NCBI GenBank assembly: GCA_000043285.1
Contig: BX248583.1
Span: forward strand, 300,001 to 332,000
DNA from: Candidatus Blochmanniella floridana
Lineage (GTDB): Bacteria; Pseudomonadota; Gammaproteobacteria; Enterobacterales; Enterobacteriaceae
Direction: 5' to 3'
DNA length: 32,000 nt
Below the pieces are notes generated by a model. It was not told the DNA's origin. It saw nothing but the letters and a program-made list of their open reading frames with translations, and ran no database searches. Below are positions 1 to 10,492 of the stretch, piece by piece. Position 1 is the stretch's first letter; every line of letters begins with the position of its first letter. Made by a program: the position numbers and the translations under genes.

Positions 1-661
1 AGGAGTATTGTATAAAATTACTAGAACAAAATTATTTAAAATTACTCCAGTCCAAGTTTACATACATCCTAATTGGTCTATGGGTCTAAAAATTTCAGTA
101 AATTCTGCAACTGTGATGAATAGAGTATTAGAATATATAGAAGCACATCATTTATTTAATGTTAGTTCAAATGAAATAGAGATCTTGTTACATACTCAAA
201 CTATTATTTATGCTACGATACGTTACAGTGATGGTAGTGTGTTAGCGCATTTTTCTACTCCTGATATGAAGATTTTTATTGCTTATGCTATGGCTTATCT
301 TAATAAAATTAAACTAAATAATATATCTACGTATAGTAAACAATATGAAATATATAACACATATTGTGGTAATAATACATTGAATTTAGATATATTGGAT
401 ACGAAAAATTATCCTTGTTTACAAACGGCAATTGATGCAAGTAATCATAGTCAGGATTCTGTAATTGTTTTGAATGCTGATAATGAAGTTACGGTAGAAG
501 CATTTTTATGTGAAATGATTGCTTTTATTAAAATTCCGAATTTTATTTATCGTATAATGAATACATTAAATCATTTTCAAGAACCTAGTACTATCGATGA
601 TATTATATATATTGATCATTGTATTAAAGAAACAGAAATTCGTTACGCAATAGGCAATTGA
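1..661 (+). CDS. dxr: 1-deoxy-D-xylulose 5-phosphate reductoisomerase, C-terminal part (5' end lies outside the window)
   Basis: The frame is open from the window edge (frame of ORF 8..661). The translation contains HPNWSMGLKISVNSATVMNRVLEYIEAHHLF and RYSDGSVLAHFSTPDM, matching E. coli Dxr [27 protein letters not shown] / RYQDGSVLAQLGEPDM. It is followed by uppS, as in E. coli. Confidence 0.9.
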   Translation, partial: GVLYKITRTKLFKITPVQVYIHPNWSMGLKISVNSATVMNRVLEYIEAHHLFNVSSNEIEILLHTQTIIYATIRYSDGSVLAHFSTPDMKIFIAYAMAYLNKIKLNNISTYSKQYEIYNTYCGNNTLNLDILDTKNYPCLQTAIDASNHSQDSVIVLNADNEVTVEAFLCEMIAFIKIPNFIYRIMNTLNHFQEPSTIDDIIYIDHCIKETEIRYAIGN

Positions 662-735
662 TAATATGGATGTTATAAGTATGTATATTTTTTGAGTAGC
701 CGGCAGTCAGCATTGATATTGGAAAATCCATAAAT

Positions 736-1488
736 GTGATATTATCTCAATTTGATCAAAACATACAACCCTTGTCTTCTGCTATATTACCAAGGCATAT
801 AGCTATTATTATGGATGGTAATGGGCGTTGGGCTCGAGGTAGAGGTAAATTACGTATTGTAGGTCATCAGGCAGGATTTCAGGCGGCTCGTCGGGCGGTA
901 CGTTTTGCTGTGCATTGCCGATTTAATGCTCTTACATTATATGCTTTTAGTAGTGAAAATTGGACACGATCTAATACAGAAATTAGTTCTTTGATGCAAT
1001 TATTTATTTATGCATTAAATAGTGAAATAAATAATTTAAATAAAAATAATATTAAATTAAGAATTATTGGAGATGTGAATAGATTCACTCAGGAGCTGCA
1101 GGATTGTATTTATCGTTCTGAACAATTAACATCTAATAATAATGGTCTTAATTTAAATATTGCTGCAAATTATGGAGGAAGGTGGGATATAGTGCAAGGA
1201 GTAAAAAAGATTATTGCACAAATACAAAAAGGTGTATTAAAACCTAATCAAATTAATGAAAATATTTTATGCAAATATGTTTGTATGAATGAATTGTCTC
1301 CAGTGGATTTAGTGATCAGAACAGGAGGCGAACATCGTATTAGTAATTTTTTATTATGGCAGATAGCATATGCTGAATTATTTTTTACGGATGTATTATG
1401 GCCTGATTTTAATGATATTGTTTTTAGAAGAGCATTGCATTCTTTTATGAAACGCGATCGACGTTTTGGAAAAAGTGCATTTATTTAA
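736..1488 (+). CDS. uppS: Undecaprenyl diphosphate synthase (ditrans,polycis)
   Basis: GTG start. Motifs HIAIIMDGNGRWA, LTLYAFSSENW, NIAANYGGRWDIVQGV and RTGGEHRISNFLLWQIAYAELFFTDVLWPDF are near-identical to E. coli UppS (IspU). Its position between dxr and cdsA is syntenic. Confidence 0.95.
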   Translation: MILSQFDQNIQPLSSAILPRHIAIIMDGNGRWARGRGKLRIVGHQAGFQAARRAVRFAVHCRFNALTLYAFSSENWTRSNTEISSLMQLFIYALNSEINNLNKNNIKLRIIGDVNRFTQELQDCIYRSEQLTSNNNGLNLNIAANYGGRWDIVQGVKKIIAQIQKGVLKPNQINENILCKYVCMNELSPVDLVIRTGGEHRISNFLLWQIAYAELFFTDVLWPDFNDIVFRRALHSFMKRDRRFGKSAFI

Positions 1489-1539
1489 TTTTTAATTGAT
1501 ATATAGTACAAGATTATATATTTCATAAGGAATATTAAT

Positions 1540-2406
1540 GTGTTGCGTGATCGTGTAATTAGTACATGTATATTAGTCCCTATTTTAATTTCCATATTGT
1601 TTTTATTTTCTGTAACACAATTTTCATGTTTATTATTTGCAGTATGTGCTATTAGTGCATGGGAATGGGGTAAATTAATGCATTTTTCTGAAAATATTTA
1701 TTATTTGTGGATTTTTGTTATATGTAGCATATTGTGTATTACATTAATAATGATTCTTATTCACAATTATTTATATTTTAATTGTTTTTTTATTCTGTTA
1801 AGTTGTTTTAGTTTTGTTATAATATGGTGGGTGTTTATGTTGTTATTAGTATTATTTTATCCTTATTCTTCTTGTGTTTGGAATAGTTCTAATGTACTAC
1901 GTTTTTGTTTTGGGTTATTAATCATTTTTCCATTTTTTTTTGGAGTTTTAACATTGTATAAATTTGGTTATTCTAATAATGATGTTAATGGGAAATGGTG
2001 GTTGTTATATGTTTTGGTATTAGTATGGATAAATGATGTTAGTGCGTATATTATTGGTCAAATGTTTGGAACACATAAATTATTAAAATATGTATCTCCT
2101 AAAAAAACTTGGGAAGGTTTTATAGGTGGTATATTAGTTTCTACTATTATAGCATGGATAATTAGTAAATATATGATAGATGTTAGAAATTTTTATATAA
2201 TATTTGTCTGTTTTGTATGTGCTATTTTATTTTCTGTAATAGGTGATTTAACCGAAAGTATGTTTAAACGAGAATCTGGAGTTAAAGATACTGGAAATTT
2301 AATTCCTGGTCATGGAGGTATTTTGGATCGTATGGATAGTTTATTTTCTGCTATTCCGGTTTTTACTGTTTTATTATTTTTATTGATGTATATTGATATT
2401 ATTTAA
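1540..2406 (+). CDS. cdsA: Phosphatidate cytidylyltransferase (CDP-diglyceride synthase)
   Basis: GTG start preceded by AAGGA. Polytopic hydrophobic protein with the C-terminal signature [33 protein letters not shown] (E. coli [33 protein letters not shown]). Confidence 0.95.
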   Translation: [288 protein letters not shown]

Positions 2407-2431
2407 ATATGGAAATAAAAATTAAATTATT

Positions 2432-3820
2432 ATGGTATTAGATTATTTTTGGAATATAGTTTTTTTTATTTTAACCATCAGTTTGTTAATTACGGTTCAT
2501 GAATGTGGGCATTTTTTAGCAGCTCGTTTTTTTGGGGTAAAGGTAGAAAAATTTTCTATTGGATTTGGTCCAATTGTATGGAGTTGGCAAGCAAATAAAG
2601 ATAGTACTGAATATATTATTTCTATTATTCCTTTGGGGGGTTATGTTAAGTTATTAGATAAATCATCAATTTCTTCTGATTCAGAATCATATCATACAAG
2701 GAATGATTCGTTTCATTCTAAAGATTCCTGGAAACGTGGTATTATCATAGCTATGGGCCCTATTTTTAATATTATTTTTTCCATAATATTATATACATTA
2801 GTATTTATGATAGGGGTACCTGTTTATAAACCTATAATTAATTATATTTTTCCTAATTCTATTGTTGAAAAAATTAATATACCAGTTGGATCGGAAATTA
2901 AATCGATTAATGGTATTAAAACTGTAGATTGGGAGTCAGTACGTTTAAATATTTTGCATAATATAAATAAGGAAAAAATTGTTATTTCTACTATATGTGT
3001 TAATAATGATGAGATATATGAAAAATCATATGTTATTCCTTTATCTATAAACTGGTTAGATAAATCGATTATTAAAACTCAAGATCCAATAATAGCGTTA
3101 GGTGTATTGCCTTGTATTTTTCGTGCTACATTAAATGCATCAGAAATAAAATTACATCCTGTTAGTGAGCAGGATACTTTACAAATTAATGATAAAATAT
3201 TGTTGATAAATAAATTACCGATATATAATTGGCAATCGTTAATACAAATTGTTAAAAATAATTCTGGTCAATCATGTCAATTAGTAGTGGAACGTGATAA
3301 ACATTTATTATATCTTAATGTTGTATTGATTGATAATTATGAGGTTGATTCTGGTAAATTTTTAAAAAATATTAACTTTTTTTTAGCTCCTGATATTGTG
3401 TGTAAATCGATAAAACCGGTGATACGTACAGATGAATTATTTACAGCAATATTAAAGGCATGTAATAAAACTATAGATTTGTTTATTTTTACAGTAAATG
3501 CATTATTTCAGTTAGTTTCTGGAAATGTGAGAATAACTAATTTACATGGTCCTATAGCAATAGCTCAAGGAGCTGGTAAATCGATTCATTCTGGAATTAA
3601 TTATTATTTAATGTTTTTGGCTGTAGTCAGTATTAATTTAGGACTGATTAATTTATTTCCTATTCCTATATTGGATGGAGGGCAATTATGTTTTTTACTG
3701 ATCGAAAAAATTAAAGGCTCTCCTTTATCAAAAAAGATACAGAATTTTAGTTATATTATTAGTTTTGCAATATTGATATTAATAATGGTTTTAACTACAT
3801 ATAATGATATTACTAGATGA
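2432..3820 (+). CDS. rseP: Site-2 (RIP) zinc metalloprotease RseP
   Basis: HExxH motif in ITVHECGHFLAARFFGV, then IIPLGGYVKLLD, and C-terminal NLHGPIAIAQGAG plus INLGLINLFPIPILDGGQ. These match E. coli RseP (YaeL). Syntenic with cdsA and bamA. Confidence 0.93.
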   Translation: MVLDYFWNIVFFILTISLLITVHECGHFLAARFFGVKVEKFSIGFGPIVWSWQANKDSTEYIISIIPLGGYVKLLDKSSISSDSESYHTRNDSFHSKDSWKRGIIIAMGPIFNIIFSIILYTLVFMIGVPVYKPIINYIFPNSIVEKINIPVGSEIKSINGIKTVDWESVRLNILHNINKEKIVISTICVNNDEIYEKSYVIPLSINWLDKSIIKTQDPIIALGVLPCIFRATLNASEIKLHPVSEQDTLQINDKILLINKLPIYNWQSLIQIVKNNSGQSCQLVVERDKHLLYLNVVLIDNYEVDSGKFLKNINFFLAPDIVCKSIKPVIRTDELFTAILKACNKTIDLFIFTVNALFQLVSGNVRITNLHGPIAIAQGAGKSIHSGINYYLMFLAVVSINLGLINLFPIPILDGGQLCFLLIEKIKGSPLSKKIQNFSYIISFAILILIMVLTTYNDITR

Positions 3821-3836
3821 AGATAATAATGAATAT

Positions 3837-6302
3837 ATGCATTCAATAGGTGACATTATCAATAATATAATTAAAAAATTAATTATCATGTTTTTGTTTA
3901 TTATTAGTAATGTGACATATGGGGATGATTTTATTGTGAAAAAAATTTTTTTTCATGGATTACATCGAATGTCGTCGGATGCTATTTTATATCAATTACC
4001 ATTGAAAGTTGGCACTACTATTAGTAATAAAAATGTTTCTGATAGTATTAGATTTTTATTTTCTACTGGTTATTTTTCAAATGTTTCTGTATTTAATGAT
4101 GAGAATGGAATTATTGTAATAAAAGTAGAAGAATATCCTATAATTCATTCCATTGAGTTTAGTGGAAATAAAATCATTAAAACAGAAATGATACAATCCA
4201 TTTTAAATTCTAAAAATATTAAAATTGGTTCTACATTAAACGATTATTTTATTTTTGAAGCCAATAATGACATTCAAGATATTTATCATAACTTTGGTAA
4301 ATTTAATGTTTCAGTAAAAATTAATACTATTGTTTTACCTAAAAATCGTGTGATTGTTAAAATCACTGTCTATGAAGGTAAAACCGCTAATGTGAAGCAA
4401 ATAAAGATTTTTGGAAATTATATTTTTTCTCAAAAAAAGTTATTAAAGCAATTCAGTATATATAAGCAAATAAAATGGAATAATATATTTCATCGCAATG
4501 TATATAAAAAACAAAAATTTTTTTATGATTTAGAATCTTTGCGTGTTTTTTATTTAAGTAATGGATATGCAAAGTTTTGTATTGATGAAACTGATATTAA
4601 GATGACTCCAGATAAGAGAAATGTTTATCTTAATATATATATTACTGAAGGATTACAATATATATTAGAATCAGTATCGATTCATGGAGATGTATTGTGT
4701 TGCGTTCCTAGTATTAAAGATTATTGTCAAACTTTTTCTACGGAATTATATGATATTAATAAGATTAATAAAATAGAACATGATATACGTTTATTGCTTG
4801 GAAGATATGGTTATATTAAACCTGCAATGTCAATAGAATATGATTTTAATGATCATAAGAAAGTAGTAAAATTACATATATATATTGATGTAGGACATCG
4901 TTTTTATGTTCGAGAAGTGCAATTCGAAGGTAATAATTTTACTCAAGATTTTGTTATTCGTAGGGAAATAAAACAGTTAGAACAATCTTTGTTAAATTAT
5001 CATTATGTTTTACAGGATCAAGAACGATTGAGTAGATTAAATTATTTCAAATTAGTAAATACTCGCATTGAAAATGTACCTAATAAATCAAATCAAGTTG
5101 ATTTGATTTATAAAATTGAGGAACTTAATACTACTGGAAATTTAAATTTGAGTGTGGGGTTAGGTACAGAAAGTGGATTGAATATTCAAATTGGGATGAA
5201 TCAGGATAATGTATTAGGTACTGGGAATTCTATATCTGTAACTGCCACTAAAAATTATTATCAAACTTATTGTGATATGTCGATTCTGAAAAAATATTTA
5301 GGAACTCGTAGAATTAATACTTCTATTCAGATATTTTATAATAATTTTTCTACTAATAAAGTTCATTTGTCAAATTATAGTATAAAAAATTATGGGATTA
5401 GCATGGATTTTGCATATCCAGTTACTGAAAATAATTCTTATAATATTGGATTAAATTATATATCTAATCATTTAGATCAAATAGAACCTCAAATAGCAGT
5501 ATGGCGTTATTTGTACTCTGTAGGAATAAATCCTGAGTTAATTTCTAATTATCAATATTTAAATAATAGAATTAATCTATATCCTCGTGATCTTTTATTG
5601 GTTTTAGGATGGTCTTTTAATAGTTTAAATCATATGTATTTTCCAAACTTTGGGTCGTTTATAAATATTACAAATAAACTTACATTACCTGGATCATATA
5701 ATAGTTATTATAAGATTATATTAGATAGTAACCATTACTTACCATTAAATAAATCTCTGGATTGGATATTATTTAGTTCAATATATGCTGGTTATGCTGG
5801 AAGTTTATATAATCATAAAGAAAGTCCTTTTTATGATAATTTTTATATTGGAGGTATAAGAACTATACGGGGATTTCGGTTGAATAGTATAGGTCCAAAA
5901 GCTGCCTATTATCATTGTAATAAATCCGATATTAGTTACTCTACATGTTCAGTAAAAAACTCTCAAGATACTGTTGGAGGTAATTCTGTAACATTTATCA
6001 AGAATGAATTAATTATTCCAGTTTCATATATGTTGAATACTCAATATTCTGATACAACTCGTGTTTCTTTATTTATCGATGCGGGAACGGTATGGGATAC
6101 ATATTGGATAAATACAGTAGCAACACGAGCTGCTGGTATTCTAGATTATGGTATTTTTGGTCATATACGTATATCTACTGGAGTGGCGTTAAAATGGATA
6201 TCTCCTGTTGGGCCCGTAATTTTTTCTTATTCTAAGCCAATTAAAAAGTATCAGGGGGATATAGAAGAACCTTTTCAATTTACTGTTGGAAAAATATGGT
6301 AA
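3837..6302 (+). CDS. bamA: Outer membrane protein assembly factor BamA (Omp85 family)
   Basis: POTRA and beta-barrel homology runs along the whole length (FFHGLHRM.., RFYVREVQFEGNNFTQDFVIRREI, GLGTESGLNIQIGMNQDNVLGTGNS, C-terminal PFQFTVGKIW as in E. coli QFQFNIGKTW). I place the start at ATG 3837, which gives the signal-peptide-like MHSIGDIINNIIKKLIIMFLFIISNVTYG/DD and avoids overlapping rseP. The longest ORF starts at 3804. Confidence 0.92.
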   Translation: MHSIGDIINNIIKKLIIMFLFIISNVTYGDDFIVKKIFFHGLHRMSSDAILYQLPLKVGTTISNKNVSDSIRFLFSTGYFSNVSVFNDENGIIVIKVEEYPIIHSIEFSGNKIIKTEMIQSILNSKNIKIGSTLNDYFIFEANNDIQDIYHNFGKFNVSVKINTIVLPKNRVIVKITVYEGKTANVKQIKIFGNYIFSQKKLLKQFSIYKQIKWNNIFHRNVYKKQKFFYDLESLRVFYLSNGYAKFCIDETDIKMTPDKRNVYLNIYITEGLQYILESVSIHGDVLCCVPSIKDYCQTFSTELYDINKINKIEHDIRLLLGRYGYIKPAMSIEYDFNDHKKVVKLHIYIDVGHRFYVREVQFEGNNFTQDFVIRREIKQLEQSLLNYHYVLQDQERLSRLNYFKLVNTRIENVPNKSNQVDLIYKIEELNTTGNLNLSVGLGTESGLNIQIGMNQDNVLGTGNSISVTATKNYYQTYCDMSILKKYLGTRRINTSIQIFYNNFSTNKVHLSNYSIKNYGISMDFAYPVTENNSYNIGLNYISNHLDQIEPQIAVWRYLYSVGINPELISNYQYLNNRINLYPRDLLLVLGWSFNSLNHMYFPNFGSFINITNKLTLPGSYNSYYKIILDSNHYLPLNKSLDWILFSSIYAGYAGSLYNHKESPFYDNFYIGGIRTIRGFRLNSIGPKAAYYHCNKSDISYSTCSVKNSQDTVGGNSVTFIKNELIIPVSYMLNTQYSDTTRVSLFIDAGTVWDTYWINTVATRAAGILDYGIFGHIRISTGVALKWISPVGPVIFSYSKPIKKYQGDIEEPFQFTVGKIW

Positions 6303-6393
6303 TTAAATTATGGTATAAATTTAATAAATAATAATATTTATGTTGTAAATTCAATATTTTTAAACAATATTTAATTATATTAAGAGGTTTATA

Positions 6394-6900
6394 GTGAAAA
6401 ATCGAGTATATATGTTAGGAATAATTATATGGTTAGCTCAAATTAATTATGTTAATGCTGCAAACAAAATTGTTGTAATGAATGTTGCAAACATATTTCA
6501 ACAATCTGCTCAGCGTACAGAAATTATTAAGCAACTTGAATATGAATTTAAAGATCGTGCTGCAGAATTAGAAATGATGGAACATGATTTACAAACTAAA
6601 ATGCAAACTTTACAAAGGGATGGAGCTACAATGACAGCAAGTGATCGGAATACGTTAGAAAAATCGTTAATAGCACAACGTGAACTATTTTCGAATAAAG
6701 CTAAATTATTTCAACAAGAAAATCATGCAAGACAAACGGAAGAAAGAGATAAAATATTAGATATGATTTATAAAATAGTTAAAAATATCGCTAAAAAAGA
6801 AAATTATGATATAGTTATTGACACTAATGCAGTAGTGTATTTTAGCTCTCATATTAAAGATATTACTGATTCTGTTAGTAATCAAATGAGAGTTAAGTAA
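6394..6900 (+). CDS. skp: Periplasmic chaperone Skp (OmpH)
   Basis: GTG start, 5 nt after AAGAGG (6382-6387). N-terminal signal-like segment, a basic coiled-coil protein of about 168 aa, and the conserved position between bamA and lpxD. The sequence resembles E. coli Skp only moderately ([13 protein letters not shown].. versus KIAIVNMGSLFQQ). Confidence 0.85.
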
Positions 6901-6927
6901 GGTAGAGAACGGATTTCTTTTAATCTA

Positions 6928-8037
6928 ATGGCAGTTAAAATAAGTTTAGTTGATTTAGCTCAGAATATAGGGGCAGAATTGCATGGCGATAAAAATATTC
7001 TTATTACTCATGTGTCTTCGATCAAAAATGCTCAAGTTGGACATATTACTTTTTTAAAAAATTCTCGGTTTCGAGAACAATTAAAGTCTTGTGCGGCTTC
7101 CGCTGTAATATTATCTCAAGATAATTTGAGTTTTTGTCGTGTTTCTGCATTAGTAGTAAAAAATCCTTATTTAGCTTATGTTAAGGTAGCTCAATTATTG
7201 GATTCTAGTCCGAAATTAAATGCTAATATAAAATCTCAGTCGGTTATTCATTCAAATTCTATATTAGGTAAAGATGTAGGAATTGGATACAATGTGATTA
7301 TAGAATCTGGTGTAATTATCAGTGATAATGTAAAAATTGAATCTGGTTGTATCATAGGGAAAAATGTCAAGATTGGTATCGGTACTTATTTATGGTCAAA
7401 CGTTACTGTGTATCATGGAGTAGAAATTGGGGAATATTGTATAATACAATCAGGATCGATAATTGGATCTGATGGGTTTGGATATATCAAAAATGATGGT
7501 GTTTGGATTAAAATTCCACAATTAGGGAAGGTTAGTATTGGTAATAATGTAGAAATAGGTTCATGCACCACTATTGATAGAGGCACATTAGATGATACAT
7601 GTATTGGCGATGGGGTAATTATTGATAATCAATGTCAAATTGCACATAATGTTGCAATTGGATCGCATACTGCTATAGCGGGAGGCGTTATTATAGCTGG
7701 AAGTGTGGTTATCGGAAAATCTTGTATGATTGGGGGTGCCAGCGTAATTAATGGCCATATAAGAATTTGCGATAAAGTAACGATAACTGGAATGAGTATG
7801 GTAATGAAGTCTATTACAACATCAGGTATTTATTCTTCAGGTATTCCTGTACAACCTAATTTTGCATGGAGAAGGACTGCTGCATTGGTTATGCGTATCC
7901 ATAGCATCGATAAACGTATAAAAGACATAGAACAAAAAGTAAATTGTTTTTTTTATATAGTGATAGTTGGTTTTTTTATTGTATTAGGATTGACAGGATT
8001 ATTTCCATTAATATATTTTTTTGTTAAACAGGGATAA
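6928..8037 (+). CDS. lpxD: UDP-3-O-(3-hydroxyacyl)glucosamine N-acyltransferase, with an unusual hydrophobic C-terminal extension
   Basis: Collinear with E. coli LpxD from [15 protein letters not shown] through the hexapeptide repeats ([22 protein letters not shown]) to [27 protein letters not shown]. coli ends 3 residues later, but this ORF continues with [30 protein letters not shown]. Confidence 0.95.
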   Translation: MAVKISLVDLAQNIGAELHGDKNILITHVSSIKNAQVGHITFLKNSRFREQLKSCAASAVILSQDNLSFCRVSALVVKNPYLAYVKVAQLLDSSPKLNANIKSQSVIHSNSILGKDVGIGYNVIIESGVIISDNVKIESGCIIGKNVKIGIGTYLWSNVTVYHGVEIGEYCIIQSGSIIGSDGFGYIKNDGVWIKIPQLGKVSIGNNVEIGSCTTIDRGTLDDTCIGDGVIIDNQCQIAHNVAIGSHTAIAGGVIIAGSVVIGKSCMIGGASVINGHIRICDKVTITGMSMVMKSITTSGIYSSGIPVQPNFAWRRTAALVMRIHSIDKRIKDIEQKVNCFFYIVIVGFFIVLGLTGLFPLIYFFVKQG

Positions 8038-8040
8038 AAA

Positions 8041-8496
8041 TTGATTACTGATACTTGCATTTTACATATCGAAGAAGTTTTAGAATTATTACCCCATCGA
8101 TTTCCTTTTTTGTTAGTAGATCGTGTATTAAATTTTGAAAAAGGAAAATTTTTGAGAGCAGTAAAAAATGTTTCTTTTAATGAACCTTTTTTTCAAGGTC
8201 ATTTTCCTGGAAAACCTATTTTCCCTGGAGTTTTAATTTTGGAAGCTATGGCGCAAGCTACAGGTATATTAGCTTTTAAAAGTATGGGAAAGTTGGCTCC
8301 AGGAGAGTTTTATTATTTTGCGGCTATAGATGAAGCACGTTTTAAACGTCCAGTACAGCCTGGAGATCAAATGATATTAAATGTTGAATTTATTAAAGAA
8401 AGATGTGGTGTGGCTCGTTTTAAAGGAATTGCAACAGTAAATGAAGAAATGGCTTGTGAAGCATCGATGATGTGCGCTCGTCGAAAGGAAATTTAA
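8041..8496 (+). CDS. fabZ: 3-hydroxyacyl-ACP dehydratase FabZ
   Basis: TTG start (E. coli fabZ also uses TTG). [55 protein letters not shown] and [13 protein letters not shown] are nearly identical to E. coli FabZ. Confidence 0.97.
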   Translation: MITDTCILHIEEVLELLPHRFPFLLVDRVLNFEKGKFLRAVKNVSFNEPFFQGHFPGKPIFPGVLILEAMAQATGILAFKSMGKLAPGEFYYFAAIDEARFKRPVQPGDQMILNVEFIKERCGVARFKGIATVNEEMACEASMMCARRKEI

Positions 8497-8499
8497 TTT

Positions 8500-9288
8500 A
8501 TGATTAATCGTTCTGCTATTGTACATCCTTCATCAATTATAGAAGAAGGAGCTATAATTCATAGTGATGTACATGTTGGTCCTTTTTGTTTTATAGGGGC
8601 TCAAGTGGAAATAGGGGCTAGAACTTTATTAAAGTCCCATATTGTTGTGAATGGTATTACTCAAATTGGGGAAGATAATCAAATTTATCAGTTTGCTTCT
8701 CTAGGAGAGGTTAATCAAGATTTGAAATATGCAAAAGAACCTACTAGAATAGAAATTGGTAATTATAATCAAATTAGAGAAAGTGTTACAATTCATAGAG
8801 GTACTGTACAAGGAGGTCAGGTTACAAAAATAGGAAATAGTAATTTATTTATGATTAATGTGCATATTGCTCATGATTGTATTATTGGTAATAATTGTAT
8901 AATGGCTAATAATGTTACTTTAGGAGGTCATGTGAAAGTAGATGATTATACCATAATTGGAGGTATGACTGCAGTTCATCAATTTTGTTTAGTTGGATCT
9001 CATGTTATGATCGGAGGGTGTTCTGGAGTAGTACAAGATATACCTCCTTTTATTATAGCTCAAGGTAATCATGCTACACAATTTGGATTAAATATTGAGG
9101 GTTTAAAAAGAAGAGGTTTTAGTCGATCAGCAGTTCATGCTATTCGAGATGCTTATAAAATTTTATATCGGAGTAATAAGACTGTTGAAGGCGCAAAAGT
9201 AGCTTTGAAATTATTATCAACAGAGCATCCTATTATTAATGAGTTTGTGGATTTTTTAACCCGTTCTCAACGAGGTATTATTCGTTGA
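8500..9288 (+). CDS. lpxA: UDP-N-acetylglucosamine O-acyltransferase
   Basis: [54 protein letters not shown] and [14 protein letters not shown] match E. coli LpxA throughout. Confidence 0.97.
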   Translation: MINRSAIVHPSSIIEEGAIIHSDVHVGPFCFIGAQVEIGARTLLKSHIVVNGITQIGEDNQIYQFASLGEVNQDLKYAKEPTRIEIGNYNQIRESVTIHRGTVQGGQVTKIGNSNLFMINVHIAHDCIIGNNCIMANNVTLGGHVKVDDYTIIGGMTAVHQFCLVGSHVMIGGCSGVVQDIPPFIIAQGNHATQFGLNIEGLKRRGFSRSAVHAIRDAYKILYRSNKTVEGAKVALKLLSTEHPIINEFVDFLTRSQRGIIR

Positions 9289-9305
9289 TAGATAAATAAT
9301 AGATT

Positions 9306-10469
9306 ATGGTTATTATGATAAATAATCGGTCCGTTATTATTGGTATAGTAGTAGGAGAAAATTCTGGAGATATTTTAGGAGTTGGATTAATTCGATCGTT
9401 AAAGAAGTGTTTCAAGAAAGTGCAATTTTTTGGAATAGGAGGATTTCGTATGAGATCGGAAAATATGGAGTGTTGGTATGATATTTCAGAGCTTTCAATA
9501 ATGGGAATAACTGGAGTAATTTTCAGATTACCTAAGCTTTTAAACATGCGAAGAGAGTTAATTAAACGATTCTTAAAATTAAAATTGAATATCTTCATTG
9601 GGATTGATTTTCCAGATTTTAATATTTCTTTAGAAAAGAGGTTAAAAAAATATGGTATTACTACTATTCACTATGTTAGTCCTTCAATATGGGCATGGAG
9701 ATCGAATCGTGTTTTTGCTTTAAAAGAAGCAACGCATAATGTTTTGTTGCTTTTTCCATTTGAAAAATCAATTTATGCTCGTTGTGGCATACCAAATCAA
9801 TTTATTGGTCATCCTTTAGCAGATGAAATACCATTGTATCCAAATAAAATTGCTTTACGGCAAAAATTTGATATTCCTAGTAATCGATGTTGTTTAGCAA
9901 TATTACCTGGTAGTAGACCAAAAGAAATTCAGATTTTAACTAAAATTTTTATGCATTGTGCTAAATTATTGCAGGATACTATTCCTAATTTAGAAATATT
10001 AATACCATTACACGATACAGACTTAATTAATCAATTTGTTACATTAACATCATTTATATCAGTAAAATTTCGTGTTTTACATACTTTGACGGCATGGGAA
10101 GTGATGGCAGCTGCTGATGCAGCGTTATTAACTTCCGGTACAGCAACATTGGAATGTATGTTAGCTAAATGTCCTATGGTAGTAGCTTATCGTATGAATC
10201 CTGTAATATTTATGTTGATTCGACATTTAATAAAGGTCAAATGGATATCTTTACCTAATTTATTAGCAGGGAAACCTATAGTACAAGAATTTATTCAAAA
10301 AAAATGTGATCCTCAACGTTTAGCTTCATCATTATTTTATTTGCTAAATTACAATCAAGAGCAACGTACTACATTGCAACAAGAATTTTATCACTTACAT
10401 CGATCTATTAAATTACATGCAAATGATCAGGCCACTCGTTTGATTTTAAAATATATAAATTTATTGTAA
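9306..10469 (+). CDS. lpxB: Lipid-A-disaccharide synthase
   Basis: VVGENSGDILGVGLIRSLK, GIDFPDFNISLEKRLKKYGITTIHYVSPSIWAWR, LPGSRPKEI, SGTATLECMLAKCPMVVAYRM and SLPNLLAGKPIVQEFIQ match E. coli LpxB. An alternative start is ATG 9315. Confidence 0.95.
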   Translation: MVIMINNRSVIIGIVVGENSGDILGVGLIRSLKKCFKKVQFFGIGGFRMRSENMECWYDISELSIMGITGVIFRLPKLLNMRRELIKRFLKLKLNIFIGIDFPDFNISLEKRLKKYGITTIHYVSPSIWAWRSNRVFALKEATHNVLLLFPFEKSIYARCGIPNQFIGHPLADEIPLYPNKIALRQKFDIPSNRCCLAILPGSRPKEIQILTKIFMHCAKLLQDTIPNLEILIPLHDTDLINQFVTLTSFISVKFRVLHTLTAWEVMAAADAALLTSGTATLECMLAKCPMVVAYRMNPVIFMLIRHLIKVKWISLPNLLAGKPIVQEFIQKKCDPQRLASSLFYLLNYNQEQRTTLQQEFYHLHRSIKLHANDQATRLILKYINLL

Positions 10470-10492
10470 TCGTATAGTACAAGTGAATAATT

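Noticed and set aside
694-711. GC-rich island GAGTAGCCGGCAGTCAGC in the AT-rich dxr-uppS spacer, flanked by possible TTGAGT -35 and GATATT -10 elements
   Set aside because: No hairpin, known motif or RNA signature is recognisable. The promoter reading is speculative and cannot be told apart from chance by eye.
3804-3836. Upstream ATG for bamA that would overlap the end of rseP by 17 nt
   Set aside because: ATG 3837 yields a canonical signal peptide (basic KK, a hydrophobic core, then TYG/DD) and avoids the overlap. The upstream residues MILLDEDNNEY are acidic and unlike a signal peptide. This upstream start is not excluded, only less likely.
9278-9598. 106-aa ORF on the minus strand overlapping the start of lpxB
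   Set aside because: It lies entirely antisense to the well-conserved lpxB N-terminus, shows no recognisable homology and has a low-complexity composition. It is an antisense shadow ORF.
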